From a virus (Duplodnaviria; Caudoviricetes), in IMG/VR virus record IMGVR_UViG_3300037419_001040, positions 1 to 35,659 of that record: 35,659 bases of DNA. One strand, written 5' to 3'. Made by a program: the position numbers and the translations under genes. The first letter of the stretch is position 1. Each line of letters opens with the position of its first letter. This document shows positions 32,234 to 35,659 of this stretch, in pieces. The notes under the pieces are model-generated. The model ran no database searches. It had not been told where the DNA came from and saw only the letters and a program-made list of their open reading frames with translations.

Positions 32234-32547
32234 CCGATCAGATCCGCATGACGTGGCAGATGTACCTGCGCTCGGAGTGCGAATGCTGCGGCGCGCTGGT
32301 CAGCCTTGCCCCGTCCGGCGCGGATATCCTCGCGGCTCTCCTGCTCCGGCGCGGCGAACTCGTAAGTCATGCCGAGCTGATCGAAGCGCTGTGGCCCGAG
32401 CCGGACTTCGAGCCCGAAACCTCGATAAATTGCCTGGCGGTTCACATGATGCGCCTGCGCCAGCGGTTGCCGGGCCTCATCGAAACTTGGTGGGGTCGCG
32501 GCTACATGATCGAACTGCCGCGTGAGGATCTGCGCCAAGCCGCCTAG
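32230..32547 (+). CDS. Stand-alone OmpR/PhoB-type winged-helix protein (CtrA C-terminal-like)
   Basis: ILAALLLRRGELVSHAELIEALW...EPE...LAVHMMRLRQRL...IETWWGRGY; no receiver domain. Confidence 0.8.
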   Translation: MTDQIRMTWQMYLRSECECCGALVSLAPSGADILAALLLRRGELVSHAELIEALWPEPDFEPETSINCLAVHMMRLRQRLPGLIETWWGRGYMIELPREDLRQAA

Positions 32548-32711
32548 CGCGGCGCTCTCGTACCGACCGAAGGCGCGCCGTGGAGCGCGCTTCCTTCCGC
32601 CCGCCCGCACTGGCACTCCGGCCCGTACCAGCCCTTGCCGTTGGTCGGTCTGCCGCAGTCGGCGCAACGGCGAAGCGACTCAGGATCGGGGATGCGCGGC
32701 TTCTTCGGCAT
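32544..32711 (-). CDS. Small Cys-motif protein (55 aa)
   Basis: RBS GGGGAG; CADCG...CQCG. Confidence 0.45.
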   Translation of the reverse strand: MPKKPRIPDPESLRRCADCGRPTNGKGWYGPECQCGRAEGSALHGAPSVGTRAPR

Positions 32712-33054
32712 CTCTCCCCCCGATGCCCTGTAGAGCGTCCCCATCCTCTCCTGATGGTGGGGTGTGTCCCATTGCTGTGATTGCGGCACGGGCATCTTCG
32801 TCATTCCGAAAATGATCCGCGAGCCAATCGCAGACAATCCGAAATTTGGGCACCAGACCTTCGCCGTATCGCTCGATCTCTTTCGCAACCGCCTCAACCT
32901 TATCCTCGCCGGGGTCGGTGGGGCGGGTGAGTTGCTGCAATCGCACCTTGAGGCGAATGAGCGCGTCGGCCGTATCTTCATCGATTGGCGTCAGCCTGGT
33001 TGCTGCACGAACCATCAAGCGCTGGTCCTCACCGCTTAGGATCGCCTCAGTCAC
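32680..33054 (-). CDS. Hypothetical phage protein
   Basis: GTG start with AGGAG RBS; VEAVAKEI...ARAAITAM pattern. Confidence 0.6.
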   Translation of the reverse strand: MTEAILSGEDQRLMVRAATRLTPIDEDTADALIRLKVRLQQLTRPTDPGEDKVEAVAKEIERYGEGLVPKFRIVCDWLADHFRNDEDARAAITAMGHTPPSGEDGDALQGIGGRDAEEAAHPRS

Positions 33055-33337
33055 GATCTCTCTCCTGTTGATGGGATGCACGGGTGTGGAAATCCATCTG
33101 CTCGCGAGTCTCGAATTGCGGATGACCGAGTTTCGGCTCCCAATCGCGCTGCCAGTGGCGATAGTTCACATGGTCCAACCCGATGTCGATTGCGCAGTCC
33201 TCGCAATACCAAGCGTAGGAGCCGTGGTTATACCAAAGCGCAGGCTCAGCTTGGCAGCGCTCTCGGTTGCACGCGCCACCCTCCTTGCCCTTGTTGGGCT
33301 TGTGAGGAGCGCCGAACGGCAGATCACCGTAGGCCAT
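33047..33337 (-). CDS. Hypothetical Cys-rich phage protein
   Basis: RBS GGAGGA; KGKEGGACNRERCQ...WYNH...WYCEDCA. Confidence 0.68.
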   Translation of the reverse strand: MAYGDLPFGAPHKPNKGKEGGACNRERCQAEPALWYNHGSYAWYCEDCAIDIGLDHVNYRHWQRDWEPKLGHPQFETREQMDFHTRASHQQERDRD

Positions 33338-33363
33338 GCTTGTCCTCCACCGATTGAGATTGT

Positions 33364-33558
33364 CTATCCATGAGGGAACCCCTTGGTGGGCGATGGTTCG
33401 TTGCGAAACTCGATCAACGCCACGTCTGCGTTTTTACGGTCATCGAACAGACCGCTTATCGGCTTCCCGTCGCGCATAACCTGCCATCCGCGCATCAGCA
33501 TCCCGTCCCAAATTTGGCGGATGCTAAATCCCTGTATCGTATCCTCTCGTCTATCCAT
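33364..33558 (-). CDS. Hypothetical protein (64 aa)
   Basis: Strong RBS AAGGAGGT. Confidence 0.6.
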   Translation of the reverse strand: MDRREDTIQGFSIRQIWDGMLMRGWQVMRDGKPISGLFDDRKNADVALIEFRNEPSPTKGFPHG

Positions 33559-33579
33559 GACGACCTCCTTTGGGCGCGG

Positions 33580-34152
33580 TCATGCTTCCCACCACGGCTC
33601 ACCCTTCCGCGCCAATTCGATCGATGCCTGGATTGCTGGCGTCCAGTGGAACCATTCGCCGCGGATATGCTGCGCCTTGAAGTAGGCGTGCCATCCGGCC
33701 TCCTCATGGCCGCGCCCGGCTAGGCGGCATATGCAGTTCAGCTCCAGGTGATTGTTCACCTGCATGTTCTGCATCCGCTTCCACACGTTGAACGCCCGCC
33801 CGATTTTCACGGCGTCCCCGGCGCGGATGAAGTAGAGGTCGTCACCCGTCTGCGGTGCATTCAACAGGGCAACGCTGAACTCTCCGAAGTCCGCCGGCTT
33901 GGTCGCCATTGAAGGCATCGCGGCAGTTTCCCGCCGCCACCTTGCGAGCCTGACCCGCTCCAGTTCGCGATCGAATGCGCGTGTTCCGGGGTTTGGCAAT
34001 GGCGCGAACAGCCGCTTTCCCTTCGGCCCTCTCTGCCCGGTGTCGAAGTAATAATAGGTTCGACCGCGCGCGATCTTGCGATGCACGTAGCGCGGCAATC
34101 TGGTTTTCACATCGCCTTGGGTCGTCTTAGACAGAAGGCCGTCAGTTTTCAC
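33580..34152 (-). CDS. T5orf172/GIY-YIG-like domain protein with integrase-like N-terminus
   Basis: LYFIRAGDAVKIGRA...RMQNMQ...EAGWHAYFKAQHIRGEWF; N-terminal LPRYVHRKIARGRTYYYF...PLPNPGTRAF. Confidence 0.78.
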   Translation of the reverse strand: MKTDGLLSKTTQGDVKTRLPRYVHRKIARGRTYYYFDTGQRGPKGKRLFAPLPNPGTRAFDRELERVRLARWRRETAAMPSMATKPADFGEFSVALLNAPQTGDDLYFIRAGDAVKIGRAFNVWKRMQNMQVNNHLELNCICRLAGRGHEEAGWHAYFKAQHIRGEWFHWTPAIQASIELARKGEPWWEA

Positions 34153-34164
34153 CGGGCAAAATCC

Positions 34165-34179
34165 TTAAGACATTGTTAC
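34165..34179. promoter_or_regulatory. CtrA-box-like motif TTAA-N7-TTAC
   Basis: TTAA GACATTG TTAC, just upstream of the 34152 start at the edge of the att region. Confidence 0.4.
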
Positions 34180-34227
34180 GTAAAAGATTGTCGTTATCGC
34201 TTTGGTAAGCGCAGCCGAAGCGCAGAA

Positions 34228-34437
34228 TCCGAGAGCGTCGCCCGGTTCAAGTGGTACCAGTCGCGGGCGCACTAAGAGAGAGAGGCTGGCGAAATGCCCT
34301 CTATGATTGCCGAAAAATCCATATATTTGAGTAGGTCGCTCGCGTTTACACCGAGAGGGTCGGCGGTTCGAGCCCGTCACCGCCCACCGCAGAAATCGGC
34401 CATTTTCTATAAGCCTTCCGAAAGCGTCGGTCGGTTC
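34228..34437. repeat. Direct repeats flanking the att core (putative integrase arm sites)
   Basis: TCCGAGAGCGTCGCCCGGTTC (34228-34248) and TCCGAAAGCGTCGGTCGGTTC (34417-34437) are 18/21 identical, and each is followed by GTACC. Confidence 0.65.
34343..34388 (+). other. attP core: 3' half of tRNA-Val(TAC)
   Basis: CG-TTTACAC-CGAGAGGGTC-GGCGG-TTCGAGC-CCGTC-ACCGCCC-ACC gives the anticodon loop, T-arm and 3' acceptor strand. No D-arm or 5' acceptor strand upstream; 60 bp from the integrase stop. Confidence 0.88.
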
Positions 34438-34448
34438 GCATGTACCGC

Positions 34449-35411
34449 TTACCAGTCCAAAGCGGCCATCGCGTCGGCCATGAACCGGGGTGAATAGCGA
34501 GCATAGACCGTCTCGGTGATCCGCGTGGAAGTGTGCCCGAGCACCTGCGAAATCTTCTGCATCGGAACGTCGGCCTGGGCCATCCACACGGCCGCGGTAT
34601 GCCGGAAGACGTGGGGCGAGCACGGTACCTTGGCCCGTCGTGCCGCAGCCGCGACCGCCTTCTTGACGCTCTTCACCTGCTCGCCGCCGTACTCGATGAC
34701 ATAATCCGAGAGCCGCCCCTTGTAGGCTTCCTCGAGCGCCGCCTTGGCCTTCGGCGCCATCCGAACGACCGTGCGCCGCTTGTTCGACTTGTCGCGGCCG
34801 GCGGGCATGAAGTCGATCGTCTCGTGCTCGAAGTCCACGCGATCCCAAGTCAGATCCAGGATCGCCCCCATCCGCGCTCCGGTCGCCAACGCCAGCGTCA
34901 CGAACAGGCGCACATGCGGCGTCTCGATATTCTCCAGCAGCCGTCGAGCCTCGTCCTGTGTGAGATAGCGGTCGCGCGGCTTCGACGGCGGCGGGGCGAC
35001 GATAATTGGCGCTTCCTTGCCGTAGTGCCAGCGCAGGCAGGCTCTCAGCGCTTCGAGCTCCGTCTTGATCGTGCTGTTCGACTTGCCCTCGCGCTTGCGG
35101 GTGGCGGCATAGTCGCGGCAGTCCGCCTTCGTGACCGCCTTGCCGAGCTTGTACCCGAAGTGCGGCTCCAGCGTCTTCCACAGCGACTTCAGGCGCGCTT
35201 CCGAGCCGCCGTTCGCGATCCGGTCGTCTTTGTAGGGCGTCCACAGGTCGCTTACCCGTTCCTGGGCTGGGCGGTTGAGCCGTCGCCAGATTTCACCAGC
35301 GATAGCTTCGGCCCTTCCCCGATCATCCGTGCCAGTCGCAATTCGCTTGCGGGGATTTCCGTAGGCGAGGCTCCATTGCCCTCGGTGCTTGACGAGTCGC
35401 CAGTCTGACAT
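34449..35411 (-). CDS. int: Tyrosine integrase
   Basis: TGARMG (R), KSNK (K), HVFRH (HxxR), LGH, VYA (Y); ATG at 35411. Confidence 0.95.
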   Translation of the reverse strand: MSDWRLVKHRGQWSLAYGNPRKRIATGTDDRGRAEAIAGEIWRRLNRPAQERVSDLWTPYKDDRIANGGSEARLKSLWKTLEPHFGYKLGKAVTKADCRDYAATRKREGKSNSTIKTELEALRACLRWHYGKEAPIIVAPPPSKPRDRYLTQDEARRLLENIETPHVRLFVTLALATGARMGAILDLTWDRVDFEHETIDFMPAGRDKSNKRRTVVRMAPKAKAALEEAYKGRLSDYVIEYGGEQVKSVKKAVAAAARRAKVPCSPHVFRHTAAVWMAQADVPMQKISQVLGHTSTRITETVYARYSPRFMADAMAALDW

Positions 35412-35566
35412 TCGATGCGTTCGACCTCGCTGGCCGGGATGCGAATCAGCTTGCCGAGCCTGAAGCTGGCAATTTCGTTGTTCCGGCACATTTGCCTGAC
35501 TTTCTCCGCCGAGCAACCCCAGCGGTCGCCAAGCGTCTCCGGACTGAAGGGCCGCGCAGCCGTCAC
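35252..35566 (-). CDS. xis: Excisionase-like HTH protein overlapping the int start
   Basis: FSPETLGDRWGCSAEKVRQMCRNNEIASFRLGKLIRIPASEVERIE. Confidence 0.8.
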   Translation of the reverse strand: MTAARPFSPETLGDRWGCSAEKVRQMCRNNEIASFRLGKLIRIPASEVERIECQTGDSSSTEGNGASPTEIPASELRLARMIGEGPKLSLVKSGDGSTAQPRNG

Positions 35567-35637
35567 CGCCGCCCCCGCGCCGTCAGCAGCAGCCGTTCGG
35601 CCGCCTGCTCCTCGGTCAGAAGGAGCGGCTCGGTCAT
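35563..35637 (-). pseudogene. Truncated second excisionase-like fragment (24 aa)
   Basis: MTEPLLLTEEQAAERLLLTARGRR*: the LLTxxxAAERL start of an HTH that stops mid-motif, GTGA-coupled to xis. Confidence 0.55.
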
Positions 35638-35659
35638 GCTGCTTCCGCCTTGGGCCGAT

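Noticed and set aside
33362-33558. ATGGATAGAC repeated at 33558 and 33371 on the - strand
   Set aside because: Only 10 bp, and the second copy opens a 15-codon ORF. It may be a recombination scar but is too short to support a claim.
34315-34390. Complete tRNA-Val gene
   Set aside because: There is no 5' acceptor strand or D-arm, the anticodon stem has a mismatch and the end reads ACCG rather than ACCA. It is an att core, not a gene.

Overview
The window is most of a temperate, HK97-like long-tailed phage of an alphaproteobacterial host. A sphingomonad or caulobacter-type host is inferred from the GapR homologue, a CtrA-like DNA-binding domain and high GC. On the + strand it runs: 3' end of a Cro-like gene, early and replication genes (adenine MTase, GapR, PD-(D/E)xK and HNH nucleases, DUF1376 initiator with an internal iteron origin, NusG-like antiterminator), HNH/cos/terminase, head, tail and lysis genes. 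A - strand arm then carries xis and int next to an att core made of the 3' half of tRNA-Val(TAC). That core has phage genes and matching arm repeats on both sides, so it looks like an intact attP of a non-integrated genome. Most notable: (1) a cassette of two SAM methyltransferases, a ParB/Srx-like protein and a GT-A glycosyltransferase coupled into the head-tail joining operon, a candidate virion glycosylation system; (2) an antisense HigA module with an unrecognised partner inserted in that cassette; (3) a stand-alone CtrA-like winged helix plus two TTAA-N7-TTAC boxes in intergenic DNA; (4) an antisense sterol-desaturase-family moron; (5) signs of a swapped integration module. All family calls come from reading motifs by eye; no database searches were run.
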